The notes under the pieces were generated by a model. It was given only the letters and a program-made list of their open reading frames with translations. It made no database searches and was not told the origin of the DNA. The position numbers were made by a program, and so were the translations under genes. From Sphaerisporangium sp. (GTDB taxonomy: Bacteria > Actinomycetota > Actinomycetes > Streptosporangiales > Streptosporangiaceae): a stretch of 64,000 nucleotides of DNA. Positions within the stretch are counted from its first letter, which is position 1. Every line of letters begins with the position of its first letter. The DNA is taken from positions 53,029-117,028 of the forward strand of contig JAOPYI010000193.1 in NCBI GenBank assembly GCA_025964675.1. Reading direction: 5' to 3'. Of this stretch, positions 53,180 to 63,058 are shown piece after piece.

Positions 53180-54634
53180 ATGAGCGCGCACCGTTTGTCG
53201 ATTACTACGCGCATCGCTTTGTTCGGCGGCGTGGTGGCGGCCCTGCTGTCTGCGCTGCTTGCGACGGTGCTAATGATCGGCATGAGGAATTTCGTCACCG
53301 ATAAGCTCACCCAGGAACTCGCCGCGAACGCCGGCCGCGTGGCCATCCAACTGGAGCAAGGCCAACTGGGGTACCCCCTTGCGCACCATCACGCCCGCAA
53401 TCTGCAGATTGTCGACTCACGGGGTCGGGTCGCCGCCTCGACCGAGGATCTACGGGGCAAGCCGCGAATGGCGAGGTTCACCCCCGGCGTCGAGGACAGC
53501 GCCACCTCTGTCGTATGCGGCGGGGTCTTCCCTCGTGACGAATGCGACATCGTGGTCGCGAAGTGGGCCAACCACGCCGGCGGGAGATGGATCGTCTACA
53601 GCGCCTCCCCGGTAGTCCCTCAGTGGGTCGATCCGCGGCTGGCCGGCCTGGCAGGAGGGGGCGCGGTGGCGCTCGCCGCGGGCGCCACCTATCTCGGCTA
53701 CCGGATCGCCAAGGCATCCCTCAGGCCGGTGAACGCTATGCGAGCCGAACTCGACGAGATCAACGCGACCTCACTCGGCCGCCGGGTACCGGTGCCACCC
53801 AGCGAGGACGAGATCCACCATCTGGCGGACAGCGTCAACAACACGCTGAACCGGCTTCACGCCGCGATAGAACAGCTTCGCCAGTACGTCTCCGACGCCT
53901 CCCACGATCTGCGCAGTCCGATAGCCGCGATGCGGGCCGAGGTAGAGGATGCTCTGGTCGCACCGCAGGAGACCAGTGTGACCAAGGTCGGGCGCGCCGT
54001 TCTCGACAGCCTGGACCGGCTGCAGGCGATCGCGCGCGATCTGCTGATCCTCGCACGGCTGGACGAGGGGATGCCTGGCGCACGCGAGCGGATCGACCTG
54101 GCCGAACTCGTTACCGCGGAGTGCCAGGTCCGCCGCACTTCGGCAAAGAGGGTCGAATGCTCGCTTGAGTTCGGCGTGGTGGTGATCGGCGACCTGTTAC
54201 GGCTGCGCCGGCTGCTCACCAACCTTGTCGACAACGCCGAACGGCATACGGAAACCATGATCACCATCACTCTGCGGCGCGAGCCGAGCGACGAGTCCGG
54301 CGATCAACGCTTCCCGCACGGTGTCGCCGTACTGGAGGTACTCGACGACGGCGACGGCATCGATCCGGACAAGCGTGAACTGGTGTTCCAGCGGTTCATC
54401 CGGCTGGACGCCGCCCGCAACAAGGACGCAGGAGGCACCGGACTGGGCCTGCCGATCGCCAGGCAGATCGCCGAAGCCAGCGAGGGGACCCTCCGGATCG
54501 AGGACAGTCCACGCGGCGCACGCTTCGTCCTCCGTCTGCCGGCCGCCTCGTCAGCGGCGACCATGCCAATGCGACCTCATGAAGGGCCCGATGAGAATGG
54601 ACCTAGCCAAGGGGCCAACCAAAGGTTCATGTAA
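53180..54634 (+). CDS. Orphan sensor histidine kinase (HAMP)
   Basis: Two TMs, H-box DASHDLRSP, NLVDNAERH, DDGDGI, GGTGLGLPIARQI; no response regulator adjacent. Confidence 0.93.
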   Translation: MSAHRLSITTRIALFGGVVAALLSALLATVLMIGMRNFVTDKLTQELAANAGRVAIQLEQGQLGYPLAHHHARNLQIVDSRGRVAASTEDLRGKPRMARFTPGVEDSATSVVCGGVFPRDECDIVVAKWANHAGGRWIVYSASPVVPQWVDPRLAGLAGGGAVALAAGATYLGYRIAKASLRPVNAMRAELDEINATSLGRRVPVPPSEDEIHHLADSVNNTLNRLHAAIEQLRQYVSDASHDLRSPIAAMRAEVEDALVAPQETSVTKVGRAVLDSLDRLQAIARDLLILARLDEGMPGARERIDLAELVTAECQVRRTSAKRVECSLEFGVVVIGDLLRLRRLLTNLVDNAERHTETMITITLRREPSDESGDQRFPHGVAVLEVLDDGDGIDPDKRELVFQRFIRLDAARNKDAGGTGLGLPIARQIAEASEGTLRIEDSPRGARFVLRLPAASSAATMPMRPHEGPDENGPSQGANQRFM

Positions 54635-54646
54635 GAGGGGGGTTTG

Positions 54647-55165
54647 ATGGACCACATTGATCTGGACCGGCGCGCCATATTGATAGCGCCACCGCTGATG
54701 GCGATCTTTGGGTGGCGGGGGAGCCCTTCCGATCTCAACGCACCTCCAGATCCCAACGAGACATTCGTGTTGCCGTATGACAAGATCACGTTCGAGGCTT
54801 GGGGGGATTTGCCACCGCACAGTGGCGAGATGGCCAGGCTCTATGGTGACTTCGACAAACCTGGTCCGTACCTAGTCATGATGAAGTGGAATCCAGGCTG
54901 GTTCAGCGCACCCCACACGTATGCGACCGATCGTATTCAGGTCGTGGTGTTTGGCACTTGGTGGGTGAACAGCGGGAACAATTTCGCGCCCCAGGATGCA
55001 ACGCCTGTTGGAGCCGGCGGCTACGTGAAGCGAACAGCCCGTACCCCTCATTACGACGGCGTGCCGAGGGGTCAAACCGCTCCCGCGGTCATTGCCGTCT
55101 TCGGTGTCGGACCGGTCGGCATGCGGCTGGTCGATCCGACAAAGCCGTCCTGGCGGCAAGCATGA
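54647..55165 (+). CDS. Cupin-domain protein
   Basis: LYGDFDKPGPY, SAPHTY, V..GTWWV, RTARTPHYDG; possible degenerate Tat motif DRRAIL. Confidence 0.8.
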   Translation: MDHIDLDRRAILIAPPLMAIFGWRGSPSDLNAPPDPNETFVLPYDKITFEAWGDLPPHSGEMARLYGDFDKPGPYLVMMKWNPGWFSAPHTYATDRIQVVVFGTWWVNSGNNFAPQDATPVGAGGYVKRTARTPHYDGVPRGQTAPAVIAVFGVGPVGMRLVDPTKPSWRQA

Positions 55166-55301
55166 TGCTGATTGTGCGGGCGTTGTTGTTTCAGGACCTC
55201 GTAGTAGTGGTCCCCTTCTCGATGGGCCAGGACCGGCGGGTTGCCTGCGGCCTCGGCCCGCCCCGCCGGTCCCCCGGAACGCGCCAGCCGCACCAAGGCG
55301 A

Positions 55302-55748
55302 TCAGCAGATCTTGTAGTCGGCCCTTGTCGAGTTGTACGAGCAGGAGTCCACCAGTTTCCCCGACGCGTTGCGCAGGTAGGCGGTGTCCTTGTCGTTGTT
55401 CCAGATGTAGTTGCCGCTGCCCCAGTACCGGGTGCTGGTGCCGCTCTTGCCTGAGCCGGTCCGCACGGTGATGGTCTTCCCGGCGGGGATGGATAACGTG
55501 GGGAACACGTACCGGTGGTTGGACTCATCGGCGAGCGTCCACCCCTTGACGCTGACCGCCGACTTGGACGTGTTCTTGATCCACACGTACTCGGCGTTGA
55601 GGCTCCCGTTCGAACGGGTGTCCTTGCCGGGACTGTCGTAGTAGATCTTTGTGATCTGGATCGCCGGGCCGGCCGCCAGAGCCGGCTGAGAGACGACGAG
55701 CAGGGCGCCAGCCGCGACCGCAGCTGACAGCAGGAAACGAGCACGCAC
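55302..55748 (-). CDS. Secreted lamin tail domain (LTD) protein
   Basis: Signal peptide (..ALA), then IYYDSPG.D...SLNAEYV.IKN...GWTL.D...TGSG...YWG...YIWNNDKDTAYLRN. Confidence 0.9.
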   Translation of the reverse strand: MRARFLLSAAVAAGALLVVSQPALAAGPAIQITKIYYDSPGKDTRSNGSLNAEYVWIKNTSKSAVSVKGWTLADESNHRYVFPTLSIPAGKTITVRTGSGKSGTSTRYWGSGNYIWNNDKDTAYLRNASGKLVDSCSYNSTRADYKIC

Positions 55749-55990
55749 AGGGGAATCCTCACGTGGGGGACATAACAGTAGTGAAGACGGCCGACGCTGC
55801 TGGATGGTTGCCCTGGTCTACTAATTGGAGCTGCAGGACGTGTCGTCATCGGCGCGCTACGCCTGCTCGGCTCCACCGACGTCGCCGAAGGGCCCCGCTG
55901 GGGACGATGTCGAGCACCGCTGATCGCCCTCGGTCTCACGCTGCGAGAATGCGCTCACCCTGCGGTCACGTGGTGATTGCTGTGGCGGAG

Positions 55991-56827
55991 CTACCCCTTC
56001 ACCGCGCCCGAGGTAAGCCCCTGGACGATGTAGCGGCTGGCGAAAGCGAACAGCGCCATGGTGGGCACAATCGTCAGCACGGCCGCCGCTGACATCGAAC
56101 CCCAGTCGATGTTGAAACTAGAGATGAAGCCGTTCAACGCTGTGGGAATGGTTTTGTTCGTGTCACTGTTCATGAGCGTGACCGACAAGAAGAGCTCGTT
56201 CCAGCAGTTCACAAAGTTAAAGATGAACGCGGCGACGATCCCCGGCCTCATCACCGGAAGCAGCACTCGGAAGAGGGCACCGAATCGCGAGCATCCGTCG
56301 ACCATGGCGGCTTCCTCCAGCGCGTCCGGAACATTCTCGAAAAACCCCCGGAGCATTACCGTGCAAAATGGAATGCAGACCGCGATGTACACAAGGATGA
56401 GTCCGAAACGGTTGTCGACCAGACCCAGTTGGGTCATCATCATGTACAAAGGCCCGAGCGCGATAAAGGAGGGGATCATTTGCGTGACCAGGGCAGCCAT
56501 CAGCAGTGCAGTTTTGCTCCGGAACTCGAAGCGTGCCAGCACGTAGGCCGACAGTATCGAGATCGCGGTCGCCACCGTGCCCGCGACCGTCGCGACGATC
56601 AGACTGTTGCCGAGGTAAACGCCGAACTGCGCCTTGCTGAACAGTCCGGCGTAGTTTTGGAGCGAGAATTCATCAGGCCAGTAGGCGATCGGGAATTTGA
56701 AGATCGCACCGGGGATCTTCAATGATGTGATGGTGATCCAGTACAGCGGGAAGACGGTGATGACCAGCCACATCGCGAGGAAGGCGATTCTAACGATACG
56801 TCCCGCAATGGACTCCTTGTTGATCAA
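55991..56827 (-). CDS. Carbohydrate ABC transporter permease
   Basis: LEEAAMVDGCSR EAA loop; TTG start overlaps the upstream TGA. Confidence 0.93.
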   Translation of the reverse strand: MINKESIAGRIVRIAFLAMWLVITVFPLYWITITSLKIPGAIFKFPIAYWPDEFSLQNYAGLFSKAQFGVYLGNSLIVATVAGTVATAISILSAYVLARFEFRSKTALLMAALVTQMIPSFIALGPLYMMMTQLGLVDNRFGLILVYIAVCIPFCTVMLRGFFENVPDALEEAAMVDGCSRFGALFRVLLPVMRPGIVAAFIFNFVNCWNELFLSVTLMNSDTNKTIPTALNGFISSFNIDWGSMSAAAVLTIVPTMALFAFASRYIVQGLTSGAVKG

Positions 56828-57735
56828 GACTTCGCTCCCTTCTTTTCGCGTGTGGCCATAAGGTAGAAGACGGAGAATACGAGGAGCATCGTGACGACGA
56901 TGAGACCGGTCGCGGAAGCCTTCCCGTAGTCGCCCTGCTGGGTGATCGAAATCATCCAAGTGGTCACGATGTGCGTCTCGTTGGACGGTCCGCCACCGGT
57001 CATCCCGAAGATGATGTCCGGGAAGTTGAAGATCCAGATGACCCGGAGCAGCACGGTCAGCGACAGCGTCGCCCGGATGGACGGAACGGTGATCTGAAAC
57101 AGCGTTCGCGCCTTGCCGGCACCGTCGAGCGAGGCCGCTTCGTATAGTTCGTCGGGGATCGACTGCAGGGCGGCCAGGATCATGATGGTGAAGAAGGTGA
57201 CGCCGTACCAGACATTGGCGACGGTGATGGCGATCATCGCCGTTTTCGGATCCGCCAACCAGGGGATCGGCTGGTCGATCAGTCCCGCTTTCGACAACAG
57301 GTCGTTGATGACCCCGAACTCACTGTTGAACATCCAGCGGAACAGGATGCCGATCAGGAATCCGGAGATGGCCCAAGGGAAGAAGATCAACGCTTGGTAG
57401 AGACCGCGGAAACGGAAATGGCGGCGCAACCACAGAGCGATGGCGAAGCCGATTACGAACTGGGGCACGATGGAGCCGGCCACCCAGACTGCGGTGTGGC
57501 CGAGGACGGTGTAGAACACTGGGTCCGCGAACATCGCCTGGAAGTTCTTGAAACCCACCCATGACGTGTCGGTGAGGTCCGTGAGGTTCCAGTTGCGAAA
57601 GGCCATCTGACTGCCCGAGATCATCGGGTAGTAGATGAAGACCACGACAAACAGCACGGCCGGAGCCATGAAAGCGGCGATACCGAGGCCCCGGCGAGTG
57701 GTGAACGCGGGCTTGCGCGGACGCGTGTCTGCCAT
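56824..57735 (-). CDS. Carbohydrate ABC transporter permease
   Basis: LAALQSIPDELYEAASLDGAG, MTGGGP. Confidence 0.93.
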   Translation of the reverse strand: MADTRPRKPAFTTRRGLGIAAFMAPAVLFVVVFIYYPMISGSQMAFRNWNLTDLTDTSWVGFKNFQAMFADPVFYTVLGHTAVWVAGSIVPQFVIGFAIALWLRRHFRFRGLYQALIFFPWAISGFLIGILFRWMFNSEFGVINDLLSKAGLIDQPIPWLADPKTAMIAITVANVWYGVTFFTIMILAALQSIPDELYEAASLDGAGKARTLFQITVPSIRATLSLTVLLRVIWIFNFPDIIFGMTGGGPSNETHIVTTWMISITQQGDYGKASATGLIVVTMLLVFSVFYLMATREKKGAKS

Positions 57736-57812
57736 GTTGGCGGGTGGAGCGCTCCCCAGTCGGGAGGGACGCTCCACCCGCTCGGAAGTTGATCGGGTCA
57801 CTTCCTGCCTTC

Positions 57813-59105
57813 CTATTGGCCTTTCCACTTCTCGGTCCAGTACGTGTCCCAGCTGGCGAGCAGTTCCTCGGGCGTCATCTTGCCGAGCAGCACCTTCTGT
57901 ACCTCGGCATCGGACTTCTGAATCCACTCGGTCCACCAGGACGAACTACGTGGCTGCGTGACGGTGATGTACTTGCTCGGGTTCTCGGTCATCGTCAGAT
58001 AGCTCGCCCACGGGCCGGTCTTGTAGAACGTGTCCTCGCTCGCGCCCTGGAGGATCGGTACCAGGCTGTTCTCCTTGGTAAAGGTGGTCGAGGCTTCACC
58101 CTGCGAAAGGAATTCGATCAGCTTGGCGGTCTCCGCCTTGTGCTTGCTGCTGGCAGCGGTCCCCCAGCCGGCGGTTGCCACCGGCTGGATGGCCTTGCCA
58201 CTGGGACCGGTAAGCAAGGGAGCCGTGGCCCACTGGCTCTTATTGATCACCTGCGATTGTCCCACCGTTGCTATCACCTCGGGGTCCTGCAGCAGAAAAG
58301 CCGTCGAGCCATTCGAGAAGCCCTCAACCATTTCCGGATATCCCCAGGCGACGGACGATGGCGGCGACGCCTGCTTGAACAGCTTGAAATACGTGTTCAG
58401 AGCGTTGAGGGCCTCCGGCGCGGAGAAGATCGTGCGGCCATCGGTGAGCTTGAACCCGTTGTCGAGGTCTATCTTGTCGGCGACGTATGCCTCGATGACC
58501 GCGACCGCGTTGCTGTTGGCGTTGGTTCCGCCCCGGAAGGCGTAACCGTATTGGTGATTTGACGGGTCCTGGATCGCGGTGGCCTGCGTCAAGAGATCGT
58601 CCCAGCTGGCGGGCGGGTTCTTGAAGCCCTTCTTGGCGACCAGGTCGGTGCGGTAGAACAGGCTCAGGCCGTAGAAGCCGTACGGGATGTAGTCGGTCCT
58701 TCCCTTGGCGTCCTTGGAGTACTTGATGGCGTTCTCGGTCAGGTTCTTCCAGCCGCTCCAGCTCTGCAGTTCCTTGCTCATGTCGTACAGCCAGCCGTTG
58801 GTCGACCACGGACCGGCGGTGATGTCCCGCACTTCCAGGGCGTCGATGCCGGTGCCGGATTGGAGCATCTGCTGGATCTTCTGATCGGCCTGGTCGGTCG
58901 GCGGCGAGATGAGATCAACCTTGATCTTGGGGTTCTGCTTCTCGAACTGTGCGATGAGGGTCTTCAGGACTGCTGTGCGAGTGGGGTTCGTGAGGCTCTC
59001 CACCATATGAATGGTGACGGTGCCGTCGCTCACGCCAGCGGCACATCCCGTCAGTGCCATCGCGGTGGCAAGGCCGAGGGCGAATGTTGCCTTCCTTCTT
59101 CTCAT
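57813..59105 (-). CDS. Carbohydrate ABC substrate-binding lipoprotein
   Basis: MRRRK.. lipobox LTGC, FEKQNPKIKV, LFYRTDL, PASWDDL. Confidence 0.92.
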   Translation of the reverse strand: MRRRKATFALGLATAMALTGCAAGVSDGTVTIHMVESLTNPTRTAVLKTLIAQFEKQNPKIKVDLISPPTDQADQKIQQMLQSGTGIDALEVRDITAGPWSTNGWLYDMSKELQSWSGWKNLTENAIKYSKDAKGRTDYIPYGFYGLSLFYRTDLVAKKGFKNPPASWDDLLTQATAIQDPSNHQYGYAFRGGTNANSNAVAVIEAYVADKIDLDNGFKLTDGRTIFSAPEALNALNTYFKLFKQASPPSSVAWGYPEMVEGFSNGSTAFLLQDPEVIATVGQSQVINKSQWATAPLLTGPSGKAIQPVATAGWGTAASSKHKAETAKLIEFLSQGEASTTFTKENSLVPILQGASEDTFYKTGPWASYLTMTENPSKYITVTQPRSSSWWTEWIQKSDAEVQKVLLGKMTPEELLASWDTYWTEKWKGQ

Positions 59106-59175
59106 CGCTGTCCTCTTCCATGGGTATGGGTGCGCTATCAGGAGCGTCTGGATCAGGAACTTGTGGTGCGCGTCG

Positions 59176-60408
59176 CTATGGTGCGACGTTCGGCGTGCGT
59201 GCCCATTCCACGAGCACCGGGACACAGCGCTCGGCGAAGTATTCGAAGTCGGCGGCCGTGTTGTACACGTGCGTCGACGGGCGGAAGTAACCGACGCCGT
59301 TGAAACTGGTGAAGGCGGCTTCAACGCCCAACTCCTGCGCGACCCGATCGCGCAGCGCGTCGGCATCGGCATGGCTTGCACCCAGACCGTCGGGGAGCCG
59401 CACCAGACGCAGGGCGTTGACCGGCATACCGACGTCGACGGCGGCGCTCTCACCCGTTAGCTCGGCGAAGGCGTCGCCGACAATGCGCTCCGCGTAGTCG
59501 GCCAGGCTCCGCATGTACGTGCGCGCCGCCTCCCAACCCCAGGTGCTCTCGATAAAATCGAGAGAAGTCGGCGCTGCCAAGTAGCTCGTGACGTCGACTG
59601 TCCCCTGGGTGTCGAAGCGGTTGGGGAACGGATCGGCAGCGCCCCAGGAGTCGATCAAGGGGTATAGCCCATCGCGCAATTCAGTGCGGGCGACTAGGGC
59701 CGAAGTGCCGCGCGGTGCGCAGCCGAACTTGTGGAGATTGCCGATCCAGAAATCGCACTCCAGCCCCGAGAGGGGATCTTCGACCAGGCCGGGAACGTGT
59801 GCCCCGTCCACGAGTATCGGAATGCCTCGGTACTGCGCTTCCGCGCCGATCCGCTCCACAGGCATCCAACGTGCGGTTGTCGAGGTGATATGGTCCAGGA
59901 CAATCAGACCCGTCGCAGCGCTGAGTTCGGCCACCACAGCGGCATATGCCTGGTCCGCGTCCGCATCAAGAGGGACCTTCACCGTGCGGACAGTGCCGCC
60001 CCACCGTCTCGCGAGGCGTTCGGCTCCCATGGTCACGGCTCCGTAACCATGGTCGGTCACGATGATTTCGCCGCCGCGTCTGACAGGCACATTTGAATAG
60101 ACGACGCTCGCGCCGCCACTTGCATTCGGTACAAGAGCGAGATCTTCCACACCGATACGCAGAAACGCGGCGATCGAGGCCCGGGCAGCCGCGACCTGGG
60201 CCGGAAGCGCCGGAAACCACACTCCCGGAGACCGGTCCATCTCCATGCGCAGTCGGTTCTGCTCGCGCTGTGCCACGACCGGAACCGCCCCGAATGATCC
60301 GTGATTGAGGTGTTTTTGCGCGGGGTCCAGGGACCACGCTTCCGCGACCGGCCGGCCGTCCGCGAGGAGCAGGGGGCGCGGTGCTGTGGTGATGTCGGTC
60401 TCGCTCAC
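59176..60408 (-). CDS. PLP-dependent class V enzyme (CefD isopenicillin N epimerase / Egt2-type C-S lyase-like)
   Basis: HLNHGSFGAVP, VPNASGG, TDHGYGA, LDHITS, LVDGAHVPG, GNLHKFGCAPRG (PLP lysine). Confidence 0.88.
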   Translation of the reverse strand: MSETDITTAPRPLLLADGRPVAEAWSLDPAQKHLNHGSFGAVPVVAQREQNRLRMEMDRSPGVWFPALPAQVAAARASIAAFLRIGVEDLALVPNASGGASVVYSNVPVRRGGEIIVTDHGYGAVTMGAERLARRWGGTVRTVKVPLDADADQAYAAVVAELSAATGLIVLDHITSTTARWMPVERIGAEAQYRGIPILVDGAHVPGLVEDPLSGLECDFWIGNLHKFGCAPRGTSALVARTELRDGLYPLIDSWGAADPFPNRFDTQGTVDVTSYLAAPTSLDFIESTWGWEAARTYMRSLADYAERIVGDAFAELTGESAAVDVGMPVNALRLVRLPDGLGASHADADALRDRVAQELGVEAAFTSFNGVGYFRPSTHVYNTAADFEYFAERCVPVLVEWARTPNVAP

Positions 60409-60448
60409 GTGTCAATATCTCCCGTGATCCTCGAAATCACTTCGATCA

Positions 60449-60773
60449 CATCAGACAGTCGCCACAATAGGTATGATGACTTGTGCATCCTGGCACGCCG
60501 CTCACAGCGAGAGCAATAGTCTCCGCCCGCCACCTTGACGACCTATCGATGATCGGCAGACCGGGTGGCGCTTACCGCACTGATCCCTCAGACAAGGGTT
60601 GAGCTGGGGAGATGGAAGCGACGTGCACCGTCGCACCGTCGCGCAGGCCGTCGTCACCGATCGCGGATCGCCGACTCCCACCCTAACGGCGGCCCCGCCC
60701 GTGTGACCATCCAGCCGCATCCATCCTGTGAGCCATCCAATGACTTGTGGTCAGACAGATGAGATGTCCGATG
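60449..60773. promoter_or_regulatory. Repeated motifs in the divergent aminotransferase/FadR intergenic region
   Basis: CATCAGACAG (60449), GGTCAGACAG (60749), TGTCCGATG (60765, inverted); ATGACTTGTG twice (60476, 60740). Confidence 0.45.
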
Positions 60774-60833
60774 ACTCTGTAGGCTGAAAGCCTGCGGCCG
60801 GGCAAGGCTGCCTGGCTACCCGGAGGGGAAACA

Positions 60834-61544
60834 ATGTCCGCAGTCGACAAGGCCTTCCACGGCCTACGGCACATGATCGCTACAGGACGTCTCGTCGCCG
60901 GGCAGCGGATTCCGCCGGAGAAGGACCTGTGCGAGGAACTCGGCGTCTCCCGGGGCTCCCTCCGCGAGGCAGTGCGAATGCTCGCGGCCCTGCGTGTCAT
61001 CGAACCACGCCACGGATCGGGTACCTACGTATCCCAACTGCGACCGGAAGACATCGTCGGCAGCTTGTCGCTCACCGTCGACCTTCTCCCACTGACCGGT
61101 CTGTTGCAGATGTACGAACTCCGTCGCGTGCTGGAAGCTCACGCCGCAGCACAAGCAGCCGCCCGTTTGACTCCCGAAACTCTGCGGGTGATTTTTGAGC
61201 ATATGGAAGCCATGGAGGCCACCGAAGACCCGTCCAACGTGTCCGCTCTCGACCACAGTTTCCACGCGGAGATCGCCCGGATCGGCGGAAACCCCACCCT
61301 GGAATCGCTGCTGGGTGTTTTCCGCGCACGCTCCCGCGCCTACCAGGTGTTCACCCTTCCCGAAGGCCCTCACATTAAGCGCGCCAGCGACGAGGACCAC
61401 CGGGCGATCGCCACCGCGATCGCCAATCGCGACCCTGTCGCCGCCGCCGCCGCGGCGTCGGCCCACGTCGCTCACACGGAGAAGTGGCTGCACGCCTTCC
61501 TGTCACATGTCACGGAAGCCGACAGGTTGAGCACTTCGGATTGA
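60834..61544 (+). CDS. FadR-subfamily GntR regulator (FCD domain)
   Basis: RIPPEKDLCEELGVSRGSLREAVRML, HGSGTYV, ELRRVLE, DHSFHAEI. Confidence 0.94.
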   Translation: MSAVDKAFHGLRHMIATGRLVAGQRIPPEKDLCEELGVSRGSLREAVRMLAALRVIEPRHGSGTYVSQLRPEDIVGSLSLTVDLLPLTGLLQMYELRRVLEAHAAAQAAARLTPETLRVIFEHMEAMEATEDPSNVSALDHSFHAEIARIGGNPTLESLLGVFRARSRAYQVFTLPEGPHIKRASDEDHRAIATAIANRDPVAAAAAASAHVAHTEKWLHAFLSHVTEADRLSTSD

Positions 61545-61572
61545 CTGCCGCCTGTGGGACCCTTGCGCTTGC

Positions 61573-61606
61573 CTAGTGCTGTGACCGCATAGGTTCACCG
61601 GGTTGG
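61573..61606. mobile_element. Probable IS630-family terminus
   Basis: CTAGTGCTGTGACCGCATAGGTTCACCGGGTTGG matches, from recall, the ends of actinomycete IS630 elements; begins with CTAG/TA; orientation fits the 3' end of the minus-strand transposase. Confidence 0.6.
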
Positions 61607-61611
61607 ATGAT

Positions 61612-62526
61612 TTACAGGTTGTTCAAGTAAAAGTTGACGAGCCGGTCGACGGCGGCGTCGACGTACTCGGGCTCGTCGTACATCTCGTAGTGGCCGGCGC
61701 CGTCGATCACCATGAGGTCGACCGGGTTGGGTGCCAGCTTCCACAACTGCATGCCGGACTCGTAGGAGCCGGTGTTGCCTATGCGTCCGGCGAGGATGAG
61801 CTGCAGCGGCTGGGTCATGAGCTGGTCGACCAGGTGATACGCGTCGTAGCCCAGCAGCAGCGAGTCGCCGCGCGCGAGACGGCGGTTCGTGGAGTGTTCG
61901 TTCCTGCCCCGCTCGGTGCGGTAGTAGGTGATTGCCTGGGTCGTGTCGATATCGGTCAGCCCGACTGCTGTGGCTTCCTCCAAGGTGTCGGGCAGCCAGT
62001 TCACGCGGGTCAGCTCGCCGGAGCGGGTCTCTTCGATGCGCGCGTCGGCCATGGTGTCGAGTGCGGCCGCCGCGCCATCCGGCTGGAAGCTGCGGAACGA
62101 CGTGCCCATGTTGCCTGGGACGACCGTGCCGACCGCCTTGATGCGATGGTCCGTGCGGGCGGTGTGCACTGCGTAGCCTCCGCCGGCGCAGATGCCGAGG
62201 ACGCCGATGCGCTCCGGGTCGATGCCGGGGATCGTGCTGAGCGCGTCGATCGCGTAGGAGATGTCCTCACCGCGGCGGTAGGGGTCTTCGAGGTCGCGGG
62301 GCTTTCCGCCGCTCTGACCTTGATGGGCGGGGTCGAACACGAGCGCCGCGACGCCGCGGGCGGCGAGACGGGATGCGTAGTTCTCCCCGATCTGCTCCTT
62401 CACGCTGCTGCCGGGCGTGGAGAGCACCACGGCGCGCAGCGGCGCCGCATCGTCGATGCTGTCGGGCAGGTAGAGGCCGGCCGCGAGATCGATCGGTCCG
62501 CGCGGGATCGTGATGTGCTGAAGCAT
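61612..62526 (-). CDS. Alpha/beta hydrolase (DLH/FrsA-like, YcjY-type)
   Basis: PGSSVKEQ, FDPAHQGQSGGKPR.LEDP, nucleophile elbow GICAGGGY, GAGHYEMYD. Confidence 0.92.
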   Translation of the reverse strand: MLQHITIPRGPIDLAAGLYLPDSIDDAAPLRAVVLSTPGSSVKEQIGENYASRLAARGVAALVFDPAHQGQSGGKPRDLEDPYRRGEDISYAIDALSTIPGIDPERIGVLGICAGGGYAVHTARTDHRIKAVGTVVPGNMGTSFRSFQPDGAAAALDTMADARIEETRSGELTRVNWLPDTLEEATAVGLTDIDTTQAITYYRTERGRNEHSTNRRLARGDSLLLGYDAYHLVDQLMTQPLQLILAGRIGNTGSYESGMQLWKLAPNPVDLMVIDGAGHYEMYDEPEYVDAAVDRLVNFYLNNL

Positions 62527-62586
62527 CTGATGGCGCCTTTCGCGTCGGTGTTTGTTCCACAGCTGTCCAGTACGAAACACCCTCTG

Positions 62587-62616
62587 GTACAATTTGGAAC
62601 TAATTCAGAACTGTAC
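62587..62616. promoter_or_regulatory. MarR operator candidate
   Basis: AT-rich imperfect 30-bp dyad GTACAATTTGGAACTAATTCAGAACTGTAC between the divergent hydrolase and MarR genes. Confidence 0.6.
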
Positions 62617-62641
62617 CACCTGGACCGATGGAGGGGCTTGC

Positions 62642-63058
62642 GTGGCGGTTGACGGGGCGCAACTGTGGACACTGAACCAGCGTCTGCTGAGCGTCGTGAT
62701 GGATGCCTGCAGCGCTGAACTGGCCGAGCTTGGGCTGGAGACGAAGGAGTTCTTCGTGCTGGCCGAGGTGGCCGCGTCGCCGTACCCTGCCGAACTCGCG
62801 GCGGCGCTGATGATCCCTAAAGCGAGCGTGACGGTCTACGTCCGCAACCTCGTCGCAAAGGGGTTCATACGGCGCGAGATCGACGACGAGGACCTGCGGC
62901 GGCATCGGCTCATACTGACTGCCGAGGGCGAGGCGGCGCGGGACCGCGCGCTCTCAGCGCTCGCGGCGGAGTTCGACCGCAGGCTGGCGAGGATTACCCC
63001 GCAGGACCGCACCGATCTGCAGCGCATCCTTCTGGAGATGCTCAAGTCGCCAGAATGA
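62642..63058 (+). CDS. MarR-family regulator
   Basis: PAELAAALMIPKASVT..VRNLVAKGFIRRE.D.EDLRR..L.LT.EG. Confidence 0.92.
   Translation: MAVDGAQLWTLNQRLLSVVMDACSAELAELGLETKEFFVLAEVAASPYPAELAAALMIPKASVTVYVRNLVAKGFIRREIDDEDLRRHRLILTAEGEAARDRALSALAAEFDRRLARITPQDRTDLQRILLEMLKSPE

Noticed and set aside
55165-55300. Short spacer with protein-like fragments between the cupin and LTD genes
   Set aside because: No start/RBS or recognisable family; probably debris.
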